64,000 bases of DNA from Squalus acanthias (lineage: Eukaryota), in contig CM059431.1 of the NCBI GenBank assembly GCA_030390025.1, positions 101,558,001-101,622,000 of the forward strand, given 5' to 3'. Under the pieces are notes generated by a model. The model ran no database searches. It was given only the letters and a program-made list of their open reading frames with translations, and had not been told where the DNA came from. Of this stretch, positions 1 through 13,780 are shown one piece after another (position 1 is the first letter of the stretch; each line of letters begins with the position of its first letter). Made by a program: the position numbers and the translations under genes.

Positions 1-94
1 GCCAGGATTCTATAGGGTAATGAGCACATCTTGTACTATAATCACGCATGTAGGTGACATTGTTAATTTTCTTCATGATGTTGTTTGTAACGAT

Positions 95-522
95 CAGGAA
101 AGATTGAACAGGCGGGGGCTCTTTTCTCTGGAAAAGAGAAGGCTGAGGGGTGACCTGATAGAGGGTCTTTAAAATTACGAAGGGGTTCGATAGGGTAGAC
201 GTAGAGAAGATGTTTCCACTTGTGGGGGAGACCAGAACTAGGGGCCATCAATATAAGATAGTCACTAATAGATCCAACAGGGAATTCAGGAGAAACTTCT
301 TTACCCAGAGAGTGGTGAGAATGTGGAGCTCGCTCCCACAGGGAGTGGTTGAGGCGAACAGCATAGATAGATTTAAGGGGAAGCTGGATAAACACACGAG
401 GGGGGAAAGGAATCGAAGGATCTGCTGGTTGGGTGAGATGGAGTAGGGTTCGAGGAGGCTCCTGTGGAGTATAAACACTGGCATGGGCTGAATGGCCTGT
501 TTCTGTGCTGTACGTTCTATGT
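95..522 (+). mobile_element. CR1 3' fragment
   Basis: LEKRRLRGDL...TRGH...[12 protein letters not shown] plus 3' hairpin and ttctatg tail. Confidence 0.88.
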
Positions 523-1497
523 GGCATTCCTGAGCAACTGTAAGTGTTATCTTTTATCTTATTATTGGCTTGGTGCCCAGCCAACCTGCGTAGGACAGCA
601 ATGCAGTTTCCCAATCGCGGAATCTGTGCAGGTATTCTGCACGGCAGTTTAAACAACCGCACAAGCTGAGAGGGGAGAACTGCTTATTGAAATGCCTCTA
701 CCTGCACAGATGGCACGTACCTCAACCAGCTGTGTGTGGGAGCTTGCTGTGCACAAATTGGCTGCCACGTTTCCTACATTACAACAGTGACTACACTTGG
801 GGGGTGGGGGGAAAGTGCTTCATTGGCTGTAAAGCGCTTTGGGACGTCCTGAGGTGGTGAAAGGCGCTATATAAATGCAAGTTTTTTCTTTGATTGACTC
901 AAGTCACCGGTCCCTGTGATGGGTGAGTTTGCTGCAGGATGAAGCCTTTCCCACCCATCCAGTTTAGGTAATAACAGTTCATGTGCGGTCCAATGTTTAC
1001 CCAACTGATTAAATGTTATACAGGACTCCTCAGAATAACCCTGTAGGCAAGATTATTTTTAAATATATGTTAGAATGTCCTTGAATGAACTAGAGGTTCC
1101 CTTTGTGGGGCTTGCTCTACTTATCCACCAGTTTCAATAATGTTTTATTGGTATGTTGAAAAAAAAATTCTCTGCCTTTTTATATCCCTCCATGGCCCTA
1201 TCTCTGTAACCTCCTCCAGCCCTACAACCCTCCGAGATCTCTGCGCTCCTCCAATTCTGGCCTCTTGCGCATCCCCCGATTTTCATCGCTCCACCATTGG
1301 AGCATATAATCCAGGCTGACCCTCCCAGTGCAGTACTGAGGGAGTGCTGCACTGTCGGAGGAGCCGTCTTTCGGATGAGACATTAAACCGAGGCCCCGTG
1401 AAAGATGCTGCAGAAATGCGAGTCTTCAGGACAGAAGCTGAGAGAAACAGGTTTTAAAAAGTTGAACATATTAATCGGTATAATTATAAAAGACATT

Positions 1498-2263
1498 GGG
1501 CCAACATTTGCGATCGAAGACTTCCTGCGGGGTGGACGACGCCGAACTGCAAAATGTCTACGAATTTATCTGGTGACCCGGGAGGAATGGCGGCTTGTGA
1601 TCCTGGGCCTCTCCGGGTCCGCACGGACTGAGCCCCGGGTATCCCAGGGGCGCAGGCGGTTCGTAGGCGCTCCTGGGATCACGTGGGCCGGCCCAACCAA
1701 TGGAAGAAGGGAAAATCCCCATTCAACCTTTTGACAGGTCCGTACCGACAGAACTGTCTAAAGTATGAATGGGGATCACCTAAAAAAAAAATACACCAAC
1801 ACATGAAATAAAAAAATTTTAAATTACATATTTGAAATTAATTAAACTGCCATTTAATTAAATATTTTAAACAAAAATGTAATCTTTTGAAAAAAAAATT
1901 AAATGCTTTTATGGGGCTAAAAATAAACTTACCTTTTTTGAAGTGTTTTTAATTTATAAACGAGTTATCAAATTTAATTTTTCTATTTTTTAAAACTCTT
2001 AAGCAAGCCTTATGCCTGCTTTTACCAGGCGTAAGAATTTGACGGGCATTCAGTGGGCGGAAGTTGGGCAAATAGCGCAGCTCTCCACCCGCGGAGGCAC
2101 CTTTCTTGGGCAGGCAGAGGGTCTGTCAAGAGAATTCTTGACCGATCGCAAGTGCCGGTTTTCAGCACGTGCGCTTCGCGTGCTCTGAGACCGCCACTTG
2201 CGCGGCCCCTACAGGCGCGGATGCATTTCGTCCGCACCCGTAGGGGGTCGCAAAATGCGGCCC
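1498..2263. mobile_element. Non-autonomous TIR element (PIF/Harbinger-like MITE)
   Basis: Ends gggccaacatttgcga / tcgcaaaatgcggccc, GC-rich subterminal regions and an AT-rich core; shares internal motifs with 13781-14477. Confidence 0.65.
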
Positions 2264-2559
2264 ATCTTCTTCCCATTAATTGATGAATTTATGGGTTTTC
2301 TAGCTATTGAGAATGACTAGTTTGTTTTCAGCCACTAGATGGCAGGCTTTATTTAATGGTTATTGATGTTTGCAGGAAAATAGGAGTGTTTTCTATTGGC
2401 TGCTGCTGGCGAAAGTGGATTTTGTGACATTTCAGAGCGATGTTTCATTTGGCAATTTTGAAGTGTGAATAAAAGGCTCCCAGAATTTGTTTTATGCACA
2501 TACTGCTTGTGCTGTCTCGATAATCTGAGGACCTGACTTCGGAAGAGTAAAGTAATAAA

Positions 2560-3228
2560 TGACGACTTGTGCGTTTCACAGCCTCCGGGCATCCCAGAGC
2601 GCTTTACAGCCAATGAAGTACTTTTTGACGTGCAGTCACTGTTGTAATGTAGGAAACGTGGCACACAATTTGCCCACAGCAAGCTCCCACAAACAGTAAT
2701 GTGATAATAGCCAGATAATCTGTTTTAGATAAATATTGACCAGGACACCGGGGATAACTCCCCTGCTCTTCTTTGAAATAATGTCATGGGATCTTTACGT
2801 CCACCTGAGAGGGCAGACGGAGCCTCGGTTTAACGTCTCATCCGAAAGACAACACATCCGACAGTGCGGCGCTCCCTCAGTACTGCCCCTCCGACAGTGC
2901 GGCGCTCCCTCAGTACTGCCCCTCCGACAGTGCGGCGCTCCCTCAGTACCGCCCCTCCGACAGTGCGGCGCTCCCTCAGTACCGCCCCTCCGACAGTGCG
3001 GCGCTCCCTCAGTACCGACCCTCCGACAATGCGGCTGCTCCCTCAGTACCGACCCTCCGACAGTGCGGTGCTCCCTCAGTACTGCCCCTCCGACAATGCG
3101 GCGCTCCCTCAGTACTGCACTGGGAGTGTTAGCCCAGATTATGTGCTCAGGTCTCTGGAGCGGGACTTGAACCCACAACCTTCTGACTCAGGGGAGAGCG
3201 TGCTGCCCACTGAGCCACGGCTGATGCC
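2560..3228 (-). mobile_element. Same SINE containing a 33-bp array (2858-3117, 8 units)
   Basis: Head, array, body and tail are all present. Confidence 0.87.
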
Positions 3229-3489
3229 ATGAAAGGATATCTGTTATGTTTTGGAGCCTTTTTTCGCTATAGCGTTAAGTATTTCAACTTCTGTGTTTAG
3301 ATTACGGGTATGTGAGTTCCTAGTTCCTCACAGTCTCCAGTGTATCTTTTACTGGCCCTGATATCTAGATAAGTTTGTGATAATGTGCCCAGGATAATGA
3401 ACAGGAAACCTTTCTACGAGTTGCTTTAGCTACTGGATCTATCCTGTCTGCAATGAATATTCTCCTGTGTTGAAAAAGTGGCAGAAAAG

Positions 3490-3806
3490 CACAACCTTCC
3501 CACTGGCAGGAGGGTCGGTAACCAGAGGACACAGATTTACGATAATTGGCAAAAAGAACCAGAGGGGGATGAGGAGAATGTTTTTCACGCAGCGAGTTGT
3601 TGTGATCTGGAATGCGCTGCCTGAAAGGGCGGTGGAAGCAGATTCAATAGTAACTTTCAAAAGGGAATTTGATAAATACTTGAAAAGGAAAAAATTTGCA
3701 GGGCTATGGGGAAAGAGCAGGGGGAGTGGGACTAATTGGAGAGCTCTTTCAAAGAGCCGGCACAGGCACGATGGGCCGAATGGCCCCCTTCTGTGCTGTA
3801 CGATTC
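3490..3806 (+). mobile_element. CR1 3' fragment (second subfamily)
   Basis: FPLAGGSVTRGH...FFTQRVVVIWNALP. Confidence 0.85.
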
Positions 3807-4139
3807 TCGGCAAGACCTCATTTTAGACTTTAATGGGCAAATTTATTGAACAACATTTGAATATAAAAGACATAAATTAGAATTATACGCTAACCAGTTC
3901 CACAGACGGAAACATTAAATGGTTGCAATCCACATACTCAGCTATTCATTTGTAATTAGCTTTTTATATATTTAGTATCTTTATCTTGCATTCTTTCCCA
4001 TTTGTGGGAGTGAGGGGACTGAACATTTTTCTTGGGAGGCCGACCAAACGTGACATAACTGTGAGTTGAGCATCTCAGCCGGCTTAATTACCCCTAGCAC
4101 ATTTGCCAAAAGTTGTTGGTTTTAATTAACTTGTCAGGT

Positions 4140-4715
4140 GAGAAAGACTGAACAGGCTGGGGCTCTTTCTCTAGAGAAGAGAAGGCTGAGGGGTGACCTG
4201 ATCGAGGTCTTTAAAATTATGAAGGGGTTTGATAGGGTAGACACAGAGAAGACGTTTCCACTTGTGGGGGAGACCAGAACTAGGGGCCATAAATATAAGA
4301 TAGTCACTAATAAATCCAATAGGGAATTCAGGAGAAACTTCTTTCCCCAGAGAGTGGTGAGAATGTGGAACTCGCTACCACAGGGAGTGGTTGAGGGGAA
4401 TAGCAGAGATGCATTTAAGGGGAAGCTGGATAAACACATGAGGGAGAAAGGAATAGATGGATAAATACCTGAAGGAAAAAAAATTGCAGGGATTTGGGGA
4501 AAGAGCAGGGGGGAGTGGGACTATCTGGATCGCTCTTCGACAGAGCCGGCACAGACTCGATGGGCCGAATGGCCTCCCTCTGTGCCGCACTGTTCTACGA
4601 TATGCTGACAGGGTGAGATGAAGAGGGGTGGGAGGAGGCTCGTGTGGAGCATAAACACCGGCACCGACCAGTTGGGCCGAATGGCCTGTTTCTGCGCTGT
4701 AAAACTCTACGGAAT
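4140..4715 (+). mobile_element. CR1 3' fragment with another CR1 tail nested at about 4458-4600
   Basis: ORF 4138-4464; the 3' UTR is interrupted by a second-subfamily tail. Confidence 0.85.
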
Positions 4716-5057
4716 TCAAAAGTTGTGCACATAACTCAACAAATAACAAAAGGGGGAGGGGGTGGGGGGGGAGGCGGAGGGAGAGGCAGAATTGTGCGGA
4801 AGAGGTTTGGCGGCCTATTATACGGCCCGCTCCATTTTTCTTTTCCGTTGATTTTTTACTATGTTAAAGGCGCTGTATCAATGTAAGTTGTTGACTTCAA
4901 TGGGAAGGGAAATTGGGCCGGGTCTATGACGGGAGGCCGAGAGCGACCGACTGGTTAGTGCCCCCGCCAGAGTTGAATTTTACCCCAAATATCTGTTTCT
5001 GTTTGAAGGTGGCTTGGCCCGACTTTCAAGAATTCTGTCACTTTTGAGATGGCCACA

Positions 5058-5059
5058 TC

Positions 5060-5090
<31 letters not shown>

Positions 5091-5101
5091 GCAGCAGCAA
5101 C
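5058..5101. repeat. (CAA)n(CAG)n microsatellite, the L2 tail on the minus strand
   Basis: Adjoins cttgcatttatacagcgcc. Confidence 0.85.
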
Positions 5102-6230
5102 TTGCATTTATACAGCGCCTTTAACGTAGTAAAACGTCCCAAGGCGCTTCACAGGAGCGATTATCAGACAAAATTTGACACCGAGCCACAGAAGGAGATA
5201 TTAGGACAGGTGACCGAAAGCTTGGTCAAAGAGGGAGGTTTTAGGGAGGAGAGAGAGGTGGAGAGGTTTCGGGAGGGAATTCCAGAGCTTGGGGCCCAGG
5301 CACCAGAAGCCACGGCCGCCAGTGATGGGGCGATTATAATCGGGGATGCTCAAGAGGCCAGAATTGGAGGAGTGCCAAGATCTGGGAGGGTGGTCGGGCA
5401 GGAGGAGGCTCCAGAGATCGGGAACATTTGTTTCGAAGCTGGGAACAGGACGTTGACTGCTGTGGGTCGGCATGAAGCTCTTGGGCAGGATATTCTGCTA
5501 TTTCACTCGACTTCAGGCAGCTCTTGTGAACATTCTTAATTTAAAAAAAGAAATTTATCAGCGCTGAGGGAATAAGATCGAATTAACTTTCAACGTGTCT
5601 TCCACTATTTGAGGTGCCGTCTTTGTGGTGAACTTGAGCTGCCACCTTGCCAAGTTGTAACCGTTTCGAGCATTTTTATTTTCTGTTGTGTTTGTTTTGC
5701 TTTGGTTGGCGAGTCGACTACCCGTTGCGCTTCTTGTCTCTCTGCCTCTCGCCACGAGAGATCTCGATACAAGTTGCTTTCTGCACCGGTTTTTCAGTTT
5801 GTTTCCCCCCCGCCCCCCACCCCCCTCGTCTTTTAACTGATCGGTTCTGTTGCGTTGCAAGAACAATGGGAAGTGCACATCTATATCCTGCACAGGCCAG
5901 TGGGATGTGTGTACTTGGCTCTGGCAGTCTGGCCTGCAGTGCGCTGGGATTGCTGTTCCTCTTGGCAAGACCTTGATAAATTTCCTCTGTGAAAATGCCA
6001 AAGTTTACCAAAATGTTCCATTGAATACAAAAACAATCACGCACTTCAGACACCCGCTTTGCTTTCTCACTGATTATTACTGAAGGTTCCTGACTTGCCA
6101 GGCTCGGTTTAATTTCCTCATTCTAAGTAATGCTGAAGCCAGGCCCCTGTGATGTCAGTTCACGTTAAATTGCTTACACATTCATGAACGTTAAGAGATG
6201 AGGAGGGAAATTGACATACTGATAAATTGA

Positions 6231-7045
6231 GTCAGCCGTGGCTCAGTGGGCAGCACTCTCGTCCGAGTCAGAAGGTTCTGTGGTTCAAGTCCCACTCCAG
6301 AGACATGAGCACAAAAATCTAGACTGACACTCCCAGTGCAGTACTGAGGGAGTGCCGCACTGTCGGAGGGGCAGTACTGAGGGAGCGCCGCACTGTCGGA
6401 GGGGCAGTACTGAGGGAGCGCCGCACTGTCGGAGGGGCAGTACTGAGGGAGTGCCGCACTGTCGGAGGGGCAGTACTGAGGGAGTGCCGCACTGTCGGAG
6501 GGGCAGTACTGAGGGAGCGCCGCACTGTCGGAGGGGCAGTACTGAGGGAGCGCCGCATTGTCGGAGGGGCAGTACTGAGGGAGCGCCGCACTGTCGGAGG
6601 GGCAGTACTGAGGGAGTGCTGCACTGTCGGAGGGGCAGTACTGAGGGAGCGCCGCACTGTCGGAGGGGCAGTACTGAGGGAGCGCCGCACTGTCGGAGGG
6701 GCAGTACTGAGGGAGAGCCGCACTGTCGGAGATGCCGTCTTTCAGCTGAGACATTAAACCGAGGCCCCCGTCTGCTCTCTCGGGTGGGTGTAAAAGATCC
6801 TGTGGCACTATTCTGAAGAAGAGCAGGGGAGTCCTGGGCCAATATTTATCTTTTAACCAATACCTAAAATCAGATGATCTGGTCGTTATAATATTGCTGT
6901 TTGTAGGATCTTTCTGTACATAAATTGGCTGCTGCGTTTCCTACATTACAACAGTGACTACACTCCAAAAAAAAGTACTTCATTTGCTGTAAAGCGCTTT
7001 GGGACGTCCGGTGGTCGTGAAAGGAGCTGTAGAAATGCCAGTTGT
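6231..7045 (+). mobile_element. Same SINE containing a 33-bp array (6339-6730, about 12 units)
   Basis: Unit gcagtactgagggagcgccgcactgtcggaggg. Confidence 0.9.
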
Positions 7046-9929
7046 TTCGGCCACCTTGGATTCATTGTTCGTAACTCCCGACTCGGTCCCCTCCGTTCCT
7101 CGATCTCACTCCCCACATTTCAAACGCCTTCTCCAAATCAATCTATTACTGTCACCTCTCCTCACCCTCACCTGAAGGCTCCGCTCCCACACTCTGTCTA
7201 TTCTGTGAAGCACCTTTAGGCATTTTGTTTTTTTACATTAATAGTGCTTTGTAAATAAACACTGTTGCTGCCGTTTATTTCATTCGGGGGCAGGACTTGA
7301 AAGAAAATATTCACGGTATTTCCCCCTCTCTGCTTTTATCCATTTTTTGTGAAAAAATTTGGAATTTTGCGGCATTGTTTCAAAGCAATGCCTTGAAAGG
7401 CTTGGCTTAACTTAACGATATTCTCTGCAATGTTTATTCAAATAAATTATAGGCCTTAAAATCTGCCGTTCAAGTCTCCGTCTCTCAGACAGCCTCTTGT
7501 TAGATGGACGGAGCTCCTCCTTGCTGCCTGGAGTAGTCGCACAGTTTAAAAGTTTTGCAGCTTTGCTACTGCGGGAAAATCGCAACACGGATTCACAGGA
7601 ATGTATCGACAAAGAAACGAAGCGAAAGAATCAACTTTTTATTTCTGGAACGCCTTTCGTGACCTCGGGACGTCCCAAAGCGTTTTACAGCCAATGAAGT
7701 ACATTTTTTGGAGTGTGTGGTCACTGTTGTAATGTAGGGAAACGCGGCAGCCAATATGCGCACAGCAAGCTCCCACACACAGCAATGTGATAAATGACCG
7801 GATCACATCTGCCTTTGGGAAATGGGATCTTTTGCGTCCACCCTGAGAGGGCAGACGGAGCCTCGGTTTTAACGTCTCATCCGTACGACGGCACCTCCGA
7901 CAGTGCTGCGCTCCCTCGGTACATAAATCTAGGCTTACACTCCCAGTACAGTGCTGAGGGAGTGCTGCACTGTCAGAGGTGCCGTCTTTCGGATGAGATG
8001 TTAAACCGAGGCCCCTCAGGTGGACGTAAAAGATCCCACGGCACTATTTTGAAGAAGAGCAGGGGAGTTCTCCCCGGTGTCCTGGTCAACATTTATCCCT
8101 CAATCAACATAACAAACAGATTATCTGGTCATTATCACATTGCTGTTTGTGGGAGCTTGCTGTGCGCAAATTGGCTGCCGTGCTTCCCACATTACAACTT
8201 CACTTCAAAAGTACTTCATTGGCTGTAAAGCACTTTGGGACGTCCGGTGGTCGTGAAAGGCGCTATATAAATGCAAGTCTGTCTTTTCTTTTGGGTGTGC
8301 GAGCACTATTCGAGATAGCCCTGTCTAGAAGTCTTGGGCTAGCCTTGGAAACCCTGATCAGCGCACAGACAAATGAGAAGGGAGGCCAGGAAGTTTTTCT
8401 TTTTCTTTTACTGCACCTGGATTTTGTGCTCAAGCCTGTGGAGTGGGGCTTGAACCCACAACCTCCTGACTCCGAGGTGAGTGAGCGAGCGAGCGTGCTA
8501 CTCACTGAGCCACGGCTAACACCTTGTACTGGGCTCGCCAAGACGTGGAACAGGTCTGTCTTGCGTGACTAATGTGGCTTCTTCAAGCGCAACGGGAGAA
8601 ATGGCAGAAATCCCCCAGCACGTCGTTCAGTTAACTGTTTTCTCTCAATTGCAGGTCCTGAATCTTATTTGAGGAGGCTAATTGTTGCTGAATGTAATGG
8701 AATGTGGGGGATGGAGTGTTTACTTTGTACATTCCTCCACCTTTTTAACATTAACAGGGGCACGGGTTTACACAGCTGTCCTACTACAAAAGAATTTTTT
8801 GTTAAGTTTGTTATCACTGATTACAGCGATGATGGGAAATGACCCTGCAAACCACAGTAACATGAAGTTTTCAGTTAAGTGGGAGGAAATAACTTTCTCA
8901 ACTGCGAGTTTAGGAGGATTAAAGTAGCAGCTCCCCTTTTCCCTCTGCTCCGTTCCCCGTGCCAATTTGAAATTTGGTTTCGAACTTCACGGAATACTGC
9001 TTCTCCCTCGCATTGTTGCAGCGTGCACCTCTTTTCCAAGCGTCAGTTTGATTTTGGTGGGTGCCATTTCATTTGTTTGTGAGGCTCACTAAACGTTTGA
9101 TTTTAAAATTTTCATCCTTGTTTTCAAATCCCTCCGTGGCCTCGCCCCCTCCTCCCTATCTCTGTAACCTCCTCCAGCCACACAACCCTCCCAGATTTCT
9201 ATTTTGAAGAAGAGCAGGGGGAGTTCTCCCCGGTGTCCTGGGGCCAATATTTATTCCTCAACCAACATCACTAAAACAGATTATCTGGTCATTAGCACAT
9301 TGCTGTTTGTGGTGCGCAATTTGGCTGCCGCGCTCCACCATTGGCGGCCGTGCCTTCAGCTGCCTGGGCCCCAAGCTCTGGAATTCCCTGCCTAAACCTC
9401 TCCGCCTCTCTCTCCTTTTTAAGACGCTCCTTAAAACCCACCTCTTTGACCAAGCTTTTGGTCACTTGTCCTAATATCTCCTTACGTGACTTAGTGTCAA
9501 ATTTTGTTTGATAAACGCTCCTGTGAAGCGCCTTGGGACGTTTTACTACGTTAAAGGCGCTGTATAAATATTGTTGATTTCTGAGATTGTCCGGCTGGTC
9601 AGCATGATGCATCGCCACTATTCGCACCTGGCTGGATCCCTATCATGGCCACAGCAGCCCGGAAAGTATTTGATTAACTTTGTCTCTACTTATCCCTATC
9701 ACTCCTGCCCTCCACTCTATCACAGACGTTCTCCTTTGTTCATTTCTCCCCACCTTTCCCTGGTTCTGTCTCAGCTTAATAACCGTTATCTTCCAGTTCT
9801 GACGAAGGGTCACAGACCTGAAACGTTGACTCTGTTTCTCTCTCCACAGATGCTGCCTGACCTGCTGAGTCTTTCCCAGCATTTCCTTTTTTTATTTCCA
9901 ATAACCCTTATCCCCATTTATCTGAATTA

Positions 9930-10515
9930 TTGGTTAGACCACACTTGAGTACTGTGCACAGTTCTAGTCTCCGTATTGCAAAAAAGGATATAGAGGCACT
10001 GGAGATAGTTACAAGGATGATACTAGAGCTAAGAGGTTACAGCTATCAGCAAAGACAGAACAGGCGGGGGCTCTTTTCTCTGGAAAAGAGAAGGCTGAGG
10101 GGCGACTTGATGGAGGTCTTTAAAATTATGAAAGGGTTAGACACAGAGAGAGTGTTTCCACTTGCGGGGGAGTTTGATAGGGTAGATGTAGAGAAGATGT
10201 TTCCACTTGTGGGGGAGACCAGAACTAGAGGCCATAAATATAAGATAGTCAATAATAAATTCAATAGGGAATTCAGGAGAAACTTCTTTACCCAGAGAGT
10301 GGTGAGAATGTGGAACTCGCTACCACAGGGAGTGGTTGAGGCAAATAGCAGAGATGCATTTAAGGGGAAATTAGATAAACACATGAGGGAGAAAGGAATA
10401 GAAGGATATGCTGATGGGGTGAGATGAAGAGGGCTGGGAGGAGGCTGGTGTGGAGCATAAACACCGGCACCGACCAGTTGGGCCGAATGGCCTGTTTCTG
10501 TGCTGTACATTCTGG
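9930..10515 (+). mobile_element. CR1 3' fragment with a short internal tandem duplication
   Basis: VRPHL...; 'ERVFPLAGE' is followed by 'EKMFPLVGE'. Confidence 0.87.
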
Positions 10516-10969
10516 GTAACCCATTTATCATCGATCCAATCAGACATTTATCTGGTTCTTGTTCTGAAACGGTTGCTTTTTGCTGTTACATTGAAATGCC
10601 ACAAAGCCAAACTCAGCTGTGCAGTAAAGCGTGTACAATACCTGAGAGAGTATTGTTGGTTGTTCTGGGGTTCAGTGAGCCACAGAGTGCAGCTGTGATT
10701 TAATTCCTCCAATTGGTCACCTACTACTTGCAGCCTGACTAGTTGGTTTTACTGGGGTTTATCGGTCGGGATATCCCAGCATTATGGCACGCAATACTCG
10801 TATATCATAGAGGTAACCCTGTAGATTATCGGTCTATAAAATCTGCAAAATGAAAACAACATGCACGCACAGATTACACAGCTAACCTTTACAGACTTGA
10901 TAAGAATCAAAATGTCTTTCAATAATGTACAAACTTAAATTAAAAATACAAGACAACTAGAATAATCAT

Positions 10970-11335
10970 AAGCTTAAGGGGTGATCAAATCGAGGTGTTT
11001 AAGATGATTCAAGGATTCGATAGGGTAGAGAGAGAGAAACTATTTCCTCTGGTGGGGGGAGTCCAGAACAAGGGGGCATCGCCTTAAAATTAGAGCCAGG
11101 CCGTTCAGGGGTGATGTCAGGAAGCACTTCTTCACACAAAGGGTAGTGGAAATCTGGAACTCTCTCCCCCAAAAAAGCTGTTGAGGCTGGGGGTCAATTG
11201 TAAATTTCCAAACTGAGATTGATCGATTTTTGTTGGGTAAAGGGTATTAAGGGTTACGGAACTTGGCGGGTAGATAGGGAGTTAAGGTACAGATCAGCCA
11301 TGATCTGACTGAATGGCCTCCTCCTGTTCCTATTT
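10970..11335 (+). mobile_element. CR1 3' fragment (third subfamily)
   Basis: Similar to the copies at 20272-20675 (-), 33650-33905 (-), 60190-60690 (-) and 63335-63783 (-). Confidence 0.82.
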
Positions 11336-11804
11336 TCTGATAACCATAACACTGATAGACTAACAAAGTGGGTTGAAAATCACAGGCAGTTTATCAAAGA
11401 CATGACACAGTCTTTGATAAACCGGCACAGACACGATGGGCCGAATGGTCTCCTTCTGTGCTGTAAATTTCTATGATTCTATGATCAAAGAGTCAGGATT
11501 CTCAGGGAAGATCTGGAACATATTTTATTAATTAGTAAGCTGCTCTGTAACTCCAATAGTTAAAATATAATTATCTCACCAATTTTACAAGAGCACAGCC
11601 AGTTTCCCGCGGGGGGGGGGAACTGCCTTGGTCACCAAATGGCCCATTATGTTGTGACATTAGCATATTGTACGAAAGCTCTGTATCGTGCGGGTTCTCC
11701 CCGAGATTCTCTTTCAGCTCGGATTGTGTGCAGGGTACAGCCACCAGAGGGGAGACAAGAATTTAATTAGAAAAAAGGCAGAGTCAGCATGTGCACTTCT
11801 TGCC

Positions 11805-12232
11805 CATAAGAATTAGGGGCAGGAGTCGACCATTCGGCCCCTCGAGCCTGCTCCGCCATTCAATAAGATCATGGCTGATCTGATCTTGGCTTCAACTCCA
11901 CTTTCCCGCCGCTCCCCGTAACCCTTGACTCCCCTGTAGCTCAAATATCTGTCTATCTCCGCCTTGAATATATTCAATGACCCAGCCTCCACAGCTCTCT
12001 GGGGTAGAGAATTCCAAAGATTCACGACCCTCTGAGAGAAGAAATTCCCCCTCATCTCAGTCTTAAATGTGTGACCCCCCTTATCCTGAAAATATGCCCC
12101 CTAGTTCTAGATTCACCCACGAGGGGAAAGATCCTCTCTGCATCTACCCTGTCGAGCCCCCTCAGAATCTTATGTGTTTCAATAAGATCCCCTCTCATTC
12201 TTCTAAACGCCAATGAGTATAGGCCCAACCTG
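11805..12232 (-). mobile_element. CR1 3' fragment
   Basis: RGNFFSQRVVNLWNSLPQ plus 3' hairpin. Confidence 0.85.
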
Positions 12233-13780
12233 ATAGGCCCATCTCTGATAGGCCAGCAGTATTGGCAAAGGCCTGGTAACAGGTTTATTTCTCTACCTTA
12301 ATCAGGACTAGAACACTGGTGCAGAAAAATTGAATCTTGCCAACAGTGCACGTTGCATTTTAAATGCATCTATAGCAAAAAAAAAAACACATCTTGTGCT
12401 TTTCCAATTGCTCAAATTGCATGTGATTCACTCAAATACGGACAAGTAGGAAATGTTACCAGTTGCCCATGTTGTTTCACACCCTACTATCTACCTCGAC
12501 ATCCAAACTGGGAGGATGGAAGGAAATGTTCTCTGGTATACTTAGTGTTTTCAGAGAGAAGAATTCATTTGAGAAAATTCTGGATCTAAGTGACTATTCT
12601 CATGCTCTCTGGGCCGGCCTCCTACCAAACACCCTCCATAAAGTTCAGCTGATCTGAAGCTCGGCTGCCCCGTGTCCTAACTCGCACCGAGTCCCGTTCA
12701 CCCATCAGCTCCTGTGCTCGCTGACCTGCATTGGCTCCCAGTCCGGTAACACTTCGATTTTATATATATAAAAAAAAATTCTCATCCTTGTTTTCAAATC
12801 CTCGCCCCGTCCCTATCTGTGGAACCTCTTCCAGCCCTACAACTCTCCGGGATCTCTGCGCTCCTCCAATTCTGGCCTCTTGAGCATCCCCGATTTTCAT
12901 CACTCCACCATTGGCGGCTGTGCCTTCAGCTGCCTGGGCCCCAAGCTCTGGAATTCCCTCCCTAAACCTCTCCGCCTCTCTCTCTGCTCCTTTTTTAAGA
13001 CGCTCCTTAAAACCCACCTCTTTGACCAAGCTTTTGGTCACCTGTCTCCTTATGTAGGTGGGTGTCAAATTTTGCCTGGTAACCTTGGGATATTTTATTA
13101 CGTTGAAGGCGCTCTATAAATGCAAGTTGTTGTTTTACACTCCTAATATAGAGTGGTCGAAGCAAAACCCTGGAATAATTGAAGAAGTAATTGGATGCTG
13201 CAGTGGCCAGGGTGGGGTGGCAGGGGAGCGACTCTTGGGCCAATGTGGGTGTATGAGCTGAAATGGGCCAACTGGCCTCCCTCATATATGATTATCTTGT
13301 GAACTGAAAAATGAGGCTCACCAACTTTAAAAGTGACTTTCAAGTGGGATCGAGTAGCACGATCGCGCACGACACCACCGAGTGAAGCCAACACTGAACC
13401 TTCAGGCATATTCAAGACCTGAAATCAGATCTACTGGGAAAGATACCCTGAAAAGTTTAATATAAAGAAATGAGTTGCAACACGAAATACCCAGATATTA
13501 AATGAAAATTATCCTGGATTTTGATAGCTCGGAAACGTTGAGAGAAATTTAATCTGAAATGAAACTGGGAGAAGTGTCAAAATGGGTCTGAGGGAAATGT
13601 GGCACAAACCAGACTAAAGGACAAAGCTGGTTCGTAACCAGACCCAACCGAGTTGGAACCGTGGTATAGAAGCCGGAGAGGGGAGAAGGAGGATGGAGGA
13701 AGCGTAGAAAGATTTTTGTAGAATGATAATGCAACTTGCCCAATTCGTGGCTGTTTCCCCCCCCCCCCCACAAATCCCTC

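Noticed and set aside
5558..6083. Overlapping ORFs in unique sequence
   Set aside because: No recognisable domain, non-AUG starts and no convincing splice sites.
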